Assembly: GCA_965219455.1 (NCBI GenBank)
Contig: OZ244744.1
Coordinates: forward strand, 3,200,001 to 3,264,000
Reading direction: 5' to 3'
DNA: 64,000 nucleotides
Source: Candidatus Latescibacterota bacterium
GTDB lineage: Bacteria > Latescibacterota > UBA2968 > GCA-2709665
The notes under the pieces are model-generated. The model was not told the DNA's origin. It saw nothing but the letters and a program-made list of their open reading frames with translations, and did no database searches. Each line of letters opens with the position of its first letter. Position 1 is the first letter of the stretch. Below, piece by piece: positions 30,649-40,523 of this stretch. The position numbers and the translations under genes are program-made.

Positions 30649-31179
30649 TTGTCCCGAAATCCGGCAGATCGGGAACGATACGTCGCCATTGGCAGAGTTC
30701 TGAAACCCAGAGGCCTCCGGGGCGAGGCGTTTCTGCATCCTCTTACGGATTTCCCTGAACGGTTTCAGGATCTCAAAGAAGCTCTGGTCGAAAAGCCAGA
30801 CGGGAACCGGGTGACACTGGGGATCGACCGGGTGCGGCATTGCGGTCGGCGGATGGCCATTAAATTCCTCGATATCGATACGCCCGCCGCAGTTGCTCCG
30901 TTTAGGGGAAGCGAGTTGCTGGTCTCCCCTGACGAAGTGTACCGGCTTCCTGAAGATACGTATTATGTATTTGAGATCGTGGGACTGAAGGTGGAGACGG
31001 AAGCAGGTGTGGAAGTTGGGCATGTGGTCGATGTAATTTCCCATCCCGGAAATGACCTGTACGCGGTCAACAGAGAGGACGGGAGGGAAGTGTTGGTACC
31101 CGCCGCAAGGGATCTGGTTCGGATCGACCTGTCGGGCGGGCGTCTGGTCGTGAAGAACGTGGAGGGACTCCTGGATTAG
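30649..31179 (+). CDS. rimM: Ribosome maturation factor
   Basis: IGRVLKPRGLRGE, YYVFEIVGLKV, GND; synteny with rpsP and trmD. Confidence 0.93.
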   Translation: MSRNPADRERYVAIGRVLKPRGLRGEAFLHPLTDFPERFQDLKEALVEKPDGNRVTLGIDRVRHCGRRMAIKFLDIDTPAAVAPFRGSELLVSPDEVYRLPEDTYYVFEIVGLKVETEAGVEVGHVVDVISHPGNDLYAVNREDGREVLVPAARDLVRIDLSGGRLVVKNVEGLLD

Positions 31180-31216
31180 TAGCCGGGAAACGCTGCTTTG
31201 CGACTGGGCAGAGCCT

Positions 31217-31954
31217 ATGTATATCGACTTCCTCACCATATTTCCGGATCTGATTCGAGATGTGGCTGCGTATGGCATTTCGGGGCGTGCGGTTCGGGCG
31301 GGCCTGGTTGACGTCATTGCTCACGATTTGCGGGATTTCACCGATGACGTTCACCGTACGGTGGACGATACACCCTACGGCGGCGGAGCGGGAATGGTGT
31401 TCAAGCCAGGACCGATTGCCCGGGCGCTGGCCGCTATTCAAGACGCCGGGCGGCCGCTGGAGCACGTGATTTTCCTGACGCCGGAGGGGAAGCGTCTGGA
31501 TCAGAAGACGGTGAACCGACTTTCCGTTGCGCCGAATCTGGTGTTTCTGTGCGGACGGTACCGGGGAATTGACGAACGTGTTCGCGAATTGTACGTTACC
31601 GAAGAAATTTCGGTGGGCGATTACGTGTTGAGTGGCGGCGAATTGCCCGCGCTGGTGTTGCTGGACGCGATCGTGCGATTGATCCCCGGGGCGATCGGAG
31701 ATGCGGAATCCGCCCTGGAGGATTCGTTTCAGAACGGGCTTCTGGATTGTCCGTGGTATACGAAGCCCAGAGAGTTTGAGGGCTTGCGGGTTCCCGATGT
31801 TCTGTTGAGTGGCGACCATCAGAGGATTGCAGGGTGGCGGTACGACACGGCGGTGCAACGGACCCGGGAACGGCGTCCGGATCTGTTCAACAGAAAAGGG
31901 GTCGGAGAAAGGGCCGCCTCAGAAAACGACAATGTTGGCGGGTACGGGAAGTGA
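31217..31954 (+). CDS. trmD: tRNA (guanine37-N1)-methyltransferase
   Basis: VDDTPYGGGAGM, CGRY, GDYVLSGGE, VPDVLLSGDH. Confidence 0.97.
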   Translation: MYIDFLTIFPDLIRDVAAYGISGRAVRAGLVDVIAHDLRDFTDDVHRTVDDTPYGGGAGMVFKPGPIARALAAIQDAGRPLEHVIFLTPEGKRLDQKTVNRLSVAPNLVFLCGRYRGIDERVRELYVTEEISVGDYVLSGGELPALVLLDAIVRLIPGAIGDAESALEDSFQNGLLDCPWYTKPREFEGLRVPDVLLSGDHQRIAGWRYDTAVQRTRERRPDLFNRKGVGERAASENDNVGGYGK

Positions 31955-32047
31955 TGGCCGGCGGTTGTCTGATTTTCGCCGTGCATTCAACCGCAGGATA
32001 ACAGCAGTTTTTTGTCAGGTGTTTTACATCGTTTCAGGAGTGTCACC

Positions 32048-32401
32048 ATGGACGCGTTGTTGAGATCCTTAACGGAGGATCAAATCAAGTCCGATGTGCC
32101 CGTATTTGGCGCCGGGGACACCGTGCGAGTGCATGTACGGGTGGTTGAAGGCGAGAAAGAGCGCACGCAGTTGTTCGAAGGCGTGGTGATCCAGCGTCGG
32201 GGATACGGTATCCACGAGACCTTCACGGTACGAAAGATGGTGGTGGGCGGCGTGGGCGTCGAGCGGATATTTCCGCTCCACTCACCGCGCGTGGCGAAGG
32301 TCGAACGGATTCGAAGCGGCAAGGTGCGCCGTACACGTATTAAGTATCTACGGGCGCTGCAGGGCAAAGCCGCAAGGATTGCGGAAAAACGGACCGCTTA
32401 G
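32048..32401 (+). CDS. rplS: 50S ribosomal protein L19
   Basis: [29 protein letters not shown]. Confidence 0.97.
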   Translation: MDALLRSLTEDQIKSDVPVFGAGDTVRVHVRVVEGEKERTQLFEGVVIQRRGYGIHETFTVRKMVVGGVGVERIFPLHSPRVAKVERIRSGKVRRTRIKYLRALQGKAARIAEKRTA

Positions 32402-32423
32402 TCGAAGGGAATCGGTTCACCGT

Positions 32424-32735
32424 ATGGCGACGCGCAATCCAGGAAGACGCCCTCGCGGCCGCACCGCGCGCAGGGCGCAGACACAGCGGCGGGAGCCTGC
32501 TCGGAATCCACTGCGCTATTCTCGCAGGAACTGGACCTTTCTGGGTGCGGGCTTGGGTACGATCCTGATTGGTTACTTGTGCCTGTCCCAACCGCCGGTT
32601 GACGGTTTCCTGTCGCTCACGCTCGCGCCTATTCTGCTGGTGATCGGGTACTGTGTGCTGATCCCACTCGGCCTGCTTCTGGGCGAATCAAGAATACCGA
32701 CCGACGAGACGTCCGAAAAGTCCGTGGGCGGTTAG
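32424..32735 (+). CDS. Small membrane protein (DUF3098-like)
   Basis: Basic N-terminus, two hydrophobic helices, SLTLAPILLVIGY motif. Confidence 0.7.
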   Translation: MATRNPGRRPRGRTARRAQTQRREPARNPLRYSRRNWTFLGAGLGTILIGYLCLSQPPVDGFLSLTLAPILLVIGYCVLIPLGLLLGESRIPTDETSEKSVGG

Positions 32736-32802
32736 CTCAGCTGGTTAGAGCGCCTGCCTTACAAGCAGGAGGTCACTGGTTCGAATCCAGTATCGCCCAC
32801 CA
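32726..32802 (+). tRNA. tRNA-Val (anticodon TAC)
   Basis: GGGCGGT/ATCGCCC acceptor stem, TAGCTCAG D arm, cctgc-ctTACaa-gcagg anticodon arm, GGTTCGAATCC T arm, encoded CCA. Confidence 0.97.
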
Positions 32803-32894
32803 ATTTTCCAGCCCGATCGTCAGGGTACCGCCTCCGGACGATTGGGGCAAAATGATCCTCTCCCCGTGCCCGCCCGGTTTCTCTCCTTCTTGCC

Positions 32895-33863
32895 CTACCG
32901 CTCTGACAACCGTTGGGGATAACAATCGCGGTGCCATATCGCCGTGCGTTCGACCTGGGTGTAAAAGTCGGTCGACGGCTCGAACCCGAGTTCCGCGCGG
33001 GCCCGGGAGATGTCGGCCAGGGTATGAGCGACATCTCCGACGCGGGGCGGACGGCGTTCAAGCGGGAGGTTCCTGCCAGCAACCTGCTCGAGAACCTCCT
33101 TCACCTCGAGCATGGAGTGGGCTTCGCCCTGGCCCACGTTCAGCACGTCTGCCGCGAAGCCGCGTTCCCGGGTTAAAGCTGCGATATTCGCCTGCACGAC
33201 GTTATCGACAAAGCAAAAATCCCGAGTCTGGGTACCGTCCCCTTCAAGGAAGGGTTGGTACGACGGATCCACGAACAGGTGATAGGACCATGCGGACAAC
33301 ACGGTGGAGTAGGCGCCGCCAAAAAGGCCGCCAGGTCCGAATACGTTGAAATATCGAAGGCTTACCACATCCAGCCCGTACAATCGATGAAAGATGTCGC
33401 ACCACTGCTCACCGTGCAGCTTCGCCAGCGCATAGGGCGATTGCGGGTTGGAGGGGTATGCCTCCGGCGTGGGAAGGACCGACGCGTCGCCGCATACCGC
33501 GCTACTGCTGGCGAAGACCAGGCGGGTTCTCCCCATCAACCGGGACTTCAGAATCGCGTTAAGCACGGACAGGGTTCCCATTACGTTTGCCTCCGCGCTG
33601 CGCAGCGGATTCTGCACCGAGTACGGAACACGCGGCTTTGCCGCCAGGTGAAGGACCGCGTCCGGACCCGTGTTTTTGAGCAGTCGTTCGAGCCAATCCG
33701 CATCCACAACGCTGTGGGTGTGGTATTGAACGCCGCCAACGCCGTTGGCGGGCGTTCCGGAAGACAGATCGTCCACTCCAATGACGTCGTGTCCGAGTTC
33801 GGTCAGGCGACGGCATGTATTCTGGCCGATGAAGCCGTTGCTGCCCGTTACAATGAATCTCAT
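32895..33863 (-). CDS. NAD-dependent nucleotide-sugar epimerase/dehydratase
   Basis: TGSNGFIG, ASSSA, YALAK, LRYFNVFGP, GDGTQTRDF. Confidence 0.92.
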   Translation of the reverse strand: MRFIVTGSNGFIGQNTCRRLTELGHDVIGVDDLSSGTPANGVGGVQYHTHSVVDADWLERLLKNTGPDAVLHLAAKPRVPYSVQNPLRSAEANVMGTLSVLNAILKSRLMGRTRLVFASSSAVCGDASVLPTPEAYPSNPQSPYALAKLHGEQWCDIFHRLYGLDVVSLRYFNVFGPGGLFGGAYSTVLSAWSYHLFVDPSYQPFLEGDGTQTRDFCFVDNVVQANIAALTRERGFAADVLNVGQGEAHSMLEVKEVLEQVAGRNLPLERRPPRVGDVAHTLADISRARAELGFEPSTDFYTQVERTAIWHRDCYPQRLSER

Positions 33864-34187
33864 AGTGCGATTCCCCGATTTCTGCATACAATGAAATGAC
33901 TCATTGATCCACCCTTCTCAACGGCCTTCTGACGTTATCTCCCAGCCGGCTTCAAACATGGACCGAGCCCCCGCGAATCTCATAAGGTCGATCTTATTCC
34001 GCAGAGAAGACAATATACCAATATGGCACATTTTGGCAATGGATGTCGGTCCGGAATCGCCCCATAATCCTTTTGGAACGGATCCAATGGATTCAACCGA
34101 TCTGCGCAATTGACAGCTTGAATGGGAAGCGGAAGGGTTTCCGTAGCAACGCGAAGCGGAGCGGAAGCTCGCCTGTCATCACACCCT

Positions 34188-34943
34188 ATGTCCGGTCAAT
34201 TCTCGGCAACTTTCGAAAAACTCTGGGTCGGTTTCCGCGCCCGCTGGTGCGACAGCCACGACCTGGGCGGGGCCCTGGCATTCAGCCACAAGTACGTCAA
34301 GGTCTCCCTGCTGCACCGCGTCGTACAGATAGACGTGTCCGACACTGGAGTGGACACGATGATCGACCGCGCCCTCGGCTATTTCAGGGCCAGGGACTTC
34401 GACTGCGCGTTTACCCTATCGCCCATGGACCGACCCGCTGATCTGCCGGGCAGGTTGAAACGACGTGGTTTCACGTTGGCTTTACAGGCAGTGGCGATGG
34501 CATGCGACCGGGCCGCACAACCCGTCGCACCCGGATCCGTTGAGATTGAAGAACCGGATCCCGGCCGGTACGGGATCTGGGCAAACACCATGTGTCGCAG
34601 CTTCGACTTTCCCGATGACGTGGGCGCCCTGGGCCGGAAGGTCCTCGACATTCCCGAAGTACGGCTCTATCTCGCAAACGTGGAAGGCGAGGCGGCGGGA
34701 ACCGCATTGCTGTACTCCAGATACGGCATGGGCTGCGTGGACTTCGTCGGCACCCTGCCGCAACACCGCCGCAAAGGCGTGGCCTCTTCATTGACCGCGC
34801 GCGCAGTTGCGGACTCGCAGGCGATGGGCAATCGCTGGACCGTGCTTGAAGTCGCGGCTGACAGTGCAGCCGAAAGGGTCTACAAAAGGATCGGGTTCCG
34901 CCCGATGCACAACCGCCCGCGTTATGTCCGGAGCACAGCTTAA
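34188..34943 (+). CDS. GNAT family N-acetyltransferase
   Basis: VGTLPQHRRKGVA motif A, VYKRIGF; start uncertain (34122 or 34188). Confidence 0.82.
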   Translation: MSGQFSATFEKLWVGFRARWCDSHDLGGALAFSHKYVKVSLLHRVVQIDVSDTGVDTMIDRALGYFRARDFDCAFTLSPMDRPADLPGRLKRRGFTLALQAVAMACDRAAQPVAPGSVEIEEPDPGRYGIWANTMCRSFDFPDDVGALGRKVLDIPEVRLYLANVEGEAAGTALLYSRYGMGCVDFVGTLPQHRRKGVASSLTARAVADSQAMGNRWTVLEVAADSAAERVYKRIGFRPMHNRPRYVRSTA

Positions 34944-35009
34944 TGTCCCGTCCCAGAAATGTGTCACCATTCGTCCGGCGGTTCAACCCGTCTCGCTGCG
35001 TTGCTTGCG

Positions 35010-35083
35010 CTGAGCTTGTCGAAGTGCCCTCGCTGGCCGACCTTGCGCAGGTCGAAGGCGCTCGTTTCTGAGCCTGTCGAAGG
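35010..35083. repeat. REP-like direct repeats CTGAGCyTGTCGAAG (two copies)
   Basis: ctgagcttgtcgaag at 35010 and ctgagcctgtcgaag at 35068. Confidence 0.6.
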
Positions 35084-35284
35084 ATGCGAGCCGGGCGACT
35101 CGACGGCCGAATTCAGGCAATCTATTTCTGGGACGAGACACTAGGCGACTCCGACCCTGAGCCTTCCGATCCCCGGAACGGATTCCGTGCCGAAGTCAAG
35201 CCGTGGTTCCCACCTTCAGCCCACGGTTTCTGAAACTTCTTCCAAGCGTCGGCTCGCTTCTGCCGTTGCACAGGAGGCAATTGA

Positions 35285-36613
35285 GTGATTCTGCAGACGT
35301 TCGCCAGTTTTTTTGACTTTCTCTGGATGTCCTTCATGCTGTTGGCGCCCATGCTGTTGCTGGGGTTGTTCCTCTCCGGTCTGATCCATGTGTTCATCTC
35401 GCGGGAGGCCATTCTCCGCTGGCTCAAGGACGACAGTCTGAAATCCGTGGCCGTGAGTTCGGCCGTCGGCGTGCCCGTACCTTTGTGCAGTTGTTCGGTT
35501 GTACCTGTGGTTGCCGAGATGCGGAGGAAGGGTGCGTCCCGTTCGTCCTGCATGTCTTTCCTGATCACTGCGCCGGAGACTGGGGCGGACTCAATCCTGG
35601 TTACAAACGCCTTCTTCGGATTTGTCGCCGCGGTCGTCCGTCCGGTTATCAGCTTCGTCACGGCAGTCGTCGCCGGGATCTTTTGTATCGGCCTTATACG
35701 AAACGGCCACGATGAAGGCGGGTCGGGCCATAGCGAACATGACGACCGCCATGACCACTGTTGCGATCATCACCACGACCACGATCACGGTTCGCACGAG
35801 CCGCTCATTCCCGAACATGACGACTGTTACGTCAGCTTTTCGCGGCTGAAAGGCCTTTTCGTGCAATGGCTGAAGGGCGTCGCTTCGGCGGCCGGCCGCT
35901 GGAAGTCCCTCGCCTGGGTGACGCCGGCCTTCTATCGCGACGAACTGCAGGCGTCCGAGGCCGGAAAGGCTACTTCGAGCGACAAGTCCTCCGACGATCA
36001 CTCGCTCGACTTCAAAAAGCTGGTGAAGCACGTCTTTCGCTACGGTTTCGTGGAGATTGCGGACGACATTCTCTTCGCGCTGCTGGTTGGTGTCGCCCTG
36101 GGCGGGGTGCTCTTCCTGGTGATTCCGAGCGATCTGATGTCGAACGAATACGCCCGCTGGGTCTCCTATCCCGTAATGGTGCTGATCGGCGTTCCTCTCT
36201 ATATCTGCGCATCCGCGAGTACGCCGATCGCCGCGGCCCTCGTCGCCAAGGGATTCAGCCCCGGGGCGGCGCTGATTTTTCTCATGACCGGGCCGGCTAC
36301 CAATTCCGGTACGATCGCAATCATCGTCAGCCAGTTCGGCGGGCGTTTCGCGTCCATTTATGTCTCGACTGTCATCGCCGTTACGGTTGCACTCGGCATT
36401 ATTGTCGACGCGCTGCTTCTGGCCACGGGCATAATGGTTCCCGTAAACCTTGGCGGGTCTCATTCGCCGGCCATACAGTTCCTGCAATGGGCGGGCGCGG
36501 TAATTCTCGTCGTTTTAATCGTCTGGCGTTTCCGGGCGGGCGCGCTCCGCAGCGGTTGGGAGGACTTGGTTCTGAATATCCGACCGCTCTCCGGACTGTG
36601 GCGAAAGGTATAG
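35285..36613 (+). CDS. ArsP/DUF318 (SO_0444-like) metal permease
   Basis: PLCSCSVVP, APETG, His/Cys-rich loop, PLYICASASTP, FLMTGPATN. Confidence 0.88.
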   Translation: MILQTFASFFDFLWMSFMLLAPMLLLGLFLSGLIHVFISREAILRWLKDDSLKSVAVSSAVGVPVPLCSCSVVPVVAEMRRKGASRSSCMSFLITAPETGADSILVTNAFFGFVAAVVRPVISFVTAVVAGIFCIGLIRNGHDEGGSGHSEHDDRHDHCCDHHHDHDHGSHEPLIPEHDDCYVSFSRLKGLFVQWLKGVASAAGRWKSLAWVTPAFYRDELQASEAGKATSSDKSSDDHSLDFKKLVKHVFRYGFVEIADDILFALLVGVALGGVLFLVIPSDLMSNEYARWVSYPVMVLIGVPLYICASASTPIAAALVAKGFSPGAALIFLMTGPATNSGTIAIIVSQFGGRFASIYVSTVIAVTVALGIIVDALLLATGIMVPVNLGGSHSPAIQFLQWAGAVILVVLIVWRFRAGALRSGWEDLVLNIRPLSGLWRKV

Positions 36614-37255
36614 GGCCGCCTGACCCGTAGTCGTTTCATTGTGGGCATCATTTCTCCGGCCGCGCCGATGGGCCTGATGCTCCGGGCATTGCTGCTCGGC
36701 CTTTTCCTGGGCAGCGGTTTCACAACCGTACCACCCAATTCGATCGGCTACGGTCGCCTTTTCGGCGAGGTTTACTGGCGGGACCTGCAGCCGGGCCTGC
36801 ACTATCTCGCCCCCCGGCCCTTCGTAAAGGTCGACAAGTGGCCGGTACGGGAGGTGAAGTCCATCCTGATCGTGGGCGCCTATGCCGCCAATGCTGAAAT
36901 CATCAATCTGGCGCATTCCCTGGGCGACAGATACATAATGGCCAATCTGTCGTTCGTCCTGTCCTACGAGTTGAAGAAGAGGATCGACGCGCCGAACGAC
37001 AGGATTCTGGTCTCCGAGGTGATGCCCAATGCCAACGACACCAGCATGCAGGTGGTACGGAACTTCCATCGCGCCCTCGCGGCCGGGGAGGATCGGCAGC
37101 AGGCGGCATTGATTGCAAAAGGGGGCAACCCGGGGCACGGATCGAGGGTTGCCCCCGAAAAGTTCCAGAGGACTAACGCCTTCTGCGGCGGCCCTGCCAT
37201 TTCACGAACACAGGTCCGAATTTGTATTCCGCCGAAAGTTCGTCACTATTGCTGA
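36614..37255 (+). pseudogene. In-frame chimeric remnant: TM helix plus SPFH/HflK N-terminal fragment fused to an ABC substrate-binding protein fragment
   Basis: Same frame as the permease after one TAG; GFTTV...RLFG...PGLHY (SPFH-like), then IVGAY...ANLSFV...VSEVMP (periplasmic binding protein-like). Confidence 0.55.
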
Positions 37256-37329
37256 ATCTGTTCCGGGGCCGTGCGCAGGCGCCGGAAAGGGCAGGACGGC
37301 TTCTCAAGCCAACTTGAGGTCAGTTCATC

Positions 37330-38190
37330 GTGGATTCAGACACTCTGCTCATCGTTGCGGGATACTCAGTCGGCATCTTTGCCGTTTCCTTAGTTGGCGG
37401 GAAACTGGCGGTTCTGGGATCCATGACCCACACGAGGATTCAGATTCTGATGAGTCTTGTGGCCGGCTTTATCCTCGGCATCGCCATGTTTCATCTCTTC
37501 CCTCACAGCCTCGAACGCATCACCGGCTCCGAGGTTGTCGAAAGAGCCGTGGCGTGGGTGGTGGCCGGGATGGTCCTGATGATCTTCCTGCTGCGTATTT
37601 TCCATTTTCATCAGCACGACTTCAGTACGGAAGCCGGCGGTCTCTACGATCATCACGACCACGGCGATTCCGGCGTACATTCGCGCAGCCTGATAGGGGT
37701 CGCCATGGGCCTGGGGGTGCATACGGTAACCGAAGGCGTCGCCCTGGGCACCAGCATGCAGGTGAGTTCGACGAATGAAGACGGAGGGGCGTTGCCCGCA
37801 CTCGGGGTATTCCTCGCCATCCTGCTTCACAAGCCGCTGGATGCGTATTCCATCATAGGAATGATGAAGTTCGCAGGTCATGGCGCGCGCGCGCGCGCGA
37901 CGGCCAACGTCGGGTTTGCCTTGCTGTGCCCTCTGGTCGCTCTTGCCAGTTTCTGGGGCGTGGGGTTGTTCGGCCTGGACGACGGTTCGGTGGTCGGCTA
38001 TGTGCTGGCTTTTGCCGCCGGCGCGTTTCTGTGCATCGCTCTGAGCGATCTGCTGCCTGAGATCCATTTCCATAGCCACGACCGCGGCAAGCTCATCGCA
38101 TCCCTTCTCGTGGGAATCGGTCTTGCCTACACCCTCTACTTCGTTGAATCGGCCGCCGTTCATGGAACGGAAGCGCTGCACGGGCATTGA
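37330..38190 (+). CDS. ZIP family metal transporter
   Basis: HLFPH, His-rich loop, HTVTEG, HKP, DLLPE; about eight TM segments. Confidence 0.9.
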   Translation: MDSDTLLIVAGYSVGIFAVSLVGGKLAVLGSMTHTRIQILMSLVAGFILGIAMFHLFPHSLERITGSEVVERAVAWVVAGMVLMIFLLRIFHFHQHDFSTEAGGLYDHHDHGDSGVHSRSLIGVAMGLGVHTVTEGVALGTSMQVSSTNEDGGALPALGVFLAILLHKPLDAYSIIGMMKFAGHGARARATANVGFALLCPLVALASFWGVGLFGLDDGSVVGYVLAFAAGAFLCIALSDLLPEIHFHSHDRGKLIASLLVGIGLAYTLYFVESAAVHGTEALHGH

Positions 38191-38215
38191 ATCCCGCCGT
38201 TCTCTTTCTCTGTAT

Positions 38216-39238
38216 CTACATTTCGGATCGATTCAGCTCAACCGGGCACTCCGTCCGGGCGGACGCCACGATTGCCAGCGCGACCTCCGTGGCGTGCCGG
38301 ATCTCGTCGGGCGTCCCGAGCGTGGGCTGTTCTCCGTTCGAGACACAGCGCGCAAAGTACCGCAGTTCGTTCGCCATCGCGCCTGCGGCCTGCCCGGCCA
38401 CCTCGATGTTGAGGTAGTAGTCCTGGCTGCAAGTACCTTCGGGAGTCCACGACCAGAAAGCATCGTGCGGATCGCGCATTTGGACGGACCCTTCCGTGCC
38501 GATGACTTCGAGGCAATTGTCGTGAAGCCAGGAGGCCGGCGCCCCCTTCGGGATGTGCCAGATCTGCTCAATCACACCCACGGCTCCTGACCTGAACTCC
38601 AACGTCGCCCACCAGGTGTCGATCGTGTCCCATTCATTGTGGCTGCGTCCGACCGCGCTGACTCTTTCCACACGCGACCCCGCCAGCCACAGCAGCATAT
38701 CCACCGTGTGAATGCCCGGCTCGATAATGAGGGGCCATAGCTGAAAACGGGGCATGCTTAAAAAATGGCGGCCGCAATTGCGGCGCCCGTACAGCGACAC
38801 GACATCGCCCAGTTCCCCCGACGCAATCTGCTCGCGCATCGCCGCCCGCCTCGGATCGTACCGCTCGATGTATCCCACCATCACGATACGCCCGTTTTCT
38901 TCGGCCAACTGAAGCACGGACTCGACCTCATCCATCCGCGCGCTCAGCGGCTTCTCCACCAGCACGTCCTTTCCCGCGTTGAGCGCGAGCCGCGCCGCCT
39001 CCGCGTGCCTGCCCACTTCGTTCACGACGTCTACCGCCTCAATCTCAGGATCCGCCGCGAAGGATTGTAGATCGGTATACCAGCGGCTGACGCCATACGT
39101 CTGGGCGATCTGCTTCGCGCGTTCCTCGGAACGCGAACAGACGGAAACCAACTCAAACTCCGGAATCCGGCTTATCGCCCGGACGTGCACCTCCCCAAAT
39201 TTCCCGAGGCCTGCGACGCCGATGCGCACTCGTCTCAT
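38216..39238 (-). CDS. Gfo/Idh/MocA family oxidoreductase
   Basis: GLGKFG, LVEKP, RYDP, GIHTVD. Confidence 0.92.
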   Translation of the reverse strand: MRRVRIGVAGLGKFGEVHVRAISRIPEFELVSVCSRSEERAKQIAQTYGVSRWYTDLQSFAADPEIEAVDVVNEVGRHAEAARLALNAGKDVLVEKPLSARMDEVESVLQLAEENGRIVMVGYIERYDPRRAAMREQIASGELGDVVSLYGRRNCGRHFLSMPRFQLWPLIIEPGIHTVDMLLWLAGSRVERVSAVGRSHNEWDTIDTWWATLEFRSGAVGVIEQIWHIPKGAPASWLHDNCLEVIGTEGSVQMRDPHDAFWSWTPEGTCSQDYYLNIEVAGQAAGAMANELRYFARCVSNGEQPTLGTPDEIRHATEVALAIVASARTECPVELNRSEM

Positions 39239-39319
39239 ACAGATGTTGACTCCATTTGAACCGGGCCGCGTCTTGCGACAAGGCGAAGCGGTCCAATGTC
39301 CCCGTCCACGATCCTCTTC

Positions 39320-40471
39320 TTACCCGAGCGCCTTCAGACCCGCGTGGATCTTTTCCGCATATTCCTCGGTCTTCCCGGGCGTATAGACGTCCATCGGCAT
39401 CACGACCATGCGGGGCACCGCGCGGTCGGCCACGGGCGTCACCCCTTTTCCATAGCGCGCTTCGCCCTTGTAATGGGGGCACCGGATGGGGCACCCGCTG
39501 CCGTAGGCCAGGACCTCGGTGAAAATCGGATCTTCGGCCGCGGAGCGTCTCTTGTACCCGATCGAGACCCGACATCCGTGTTCGGTCATGGTCTCCTGAA
39601 AGCGTTCCACAGAGATCCCCTCGCGGTCTCCTTCGAACCGGAACGCGACGCCGTGATAGGCATGCACGCACCCTTCCGCGACGCGTTGCGGCACGAGCCA
39701 CGGCGTCTCCTTCCCGGCGTCGCAGTAGAGCGCCCCTGCCCTGTGGTGCGCCGCGATAATCCCTTCGGCCCTTTCCATCTGCGCCAGCATCACCCCCGCC
39801 TGCAATTCCGTCATGCGATAATTCCAGCCCAGGGTTGTCTTAAGGATCCTCATCTCCAGCATTTTCTCGAACACTTCAGCCCGATCGGTCACCGCCATTC
39901 CGCCGTCGCCGCTGGTGAGGTGCTTGGCCTCCTGGAAGCTGTAGGATCCGATCGCCCCGAGTGTTCCCAGCGGCCGGCCTTTGTACGAACCCCCGACACC
40001 ATGCGCCACGTCTTCAATCACGGGCAGCCCGTACCTGTCCGCCACCCGGAGAATCCCGTCGTAATCCGGTGGGTTTCCCCACATCGGCGTGCAGATGATC
40101 GCCCCCGTGTATTCCGTGATACACGCCTCCAGCGAATCGGGATCCATATTCCAGCTATCCTCATCGATATCGCAGAATACCGGTACCCCATTGTGATACA
40201 TCACGGCGGCGCCGCCGAAGTGGACCACCGGGTCGCAGACCACCTCAACGCCCGGCCCAACGCCCACGGCCGCCACGGACGCGTGCAGCACGCTCATTGC
40301 GCTGTTCATCGCCACGGCGTATTCGGCCCCGACCCACTTTGCGTACCGCTCCTCCAATTGCGACGTGAATTTTCCTGTCTTGCTATTCAGCGTCCCGCTG
40401 GCGATGACCTTCGCAAGGTAGTCCATCTCAAGCTGTCCGAACCGCTCCATGCCAACCTCCTTAGTTTCCAT
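39320..40471 (-). CDS. DegT/DnrJ/EryC1/StrS sugar aminotransferase
   Basis: IEDVAH, SFQEAKHLTSGDGG (PLP lysine), GWNYRMTELQA; start uncertain. Confidence 0.92.
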   Translation of the reverse strand: METKEVGMERFGQLEMDYLAKVIASGTLNSKTGKFTSQLEERYAKWVGAEYAVAMNSAMSVLHASVAAVGVGPGVEVVCDPVVHFGGAAVMYHNGVPVFCDIDEDSWNMDPDSLEACITEYTGAIICTPMWGNPPDYDGILRVADRYGLPVIEDVAHGVGGSYKGRPLGTLGAIGSYSFQEAKHLTSGDGGMAVTDRAEVFEKMLEMRILKTTLGWNYRMTELQAGVMLAQMERAEGIIAAHHRAGALYCDAGKETPWLVPQRVAEGCVHAYHGVAFRFEGDREGISVERFQETMTEHGCRVSIGYKRRSAAEDPIFTEVLAYGSGCPIRCPHYKGEARYGKGVTPVADRAVPRMVVMPMDVYTPGKTEEYAEKIHAGLKALG

Positions 40472-40523
40472 TCGCGCGGTGCGTTCATAAGTGTAACAGG
40501 GCGTATCGGCCGCGCATTTCAAG

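Noticed and set aside
33918-34109. 63-aa ORF upstream of the epimerase
   Set aside because: No motif or RBS support; it could be a gene remnant but cannot be called
35010-35083. Possible mini CRISPR array
   Set aside because: Only two 15-nt repeats of REP-like sequence and no cas genes
35140-35284. Possible NiCo riboswitch upstream of the metal permease
   Set aside because: One hairpin only; the conserved four-way-junction motifs were not recognised
36611-36613. Pyrrolysine or programmed amber readthrough
   Set aside because: No pyl genes in the window, TAG ends many ordinary genes here, and the downstream frame is a chimeric remnant
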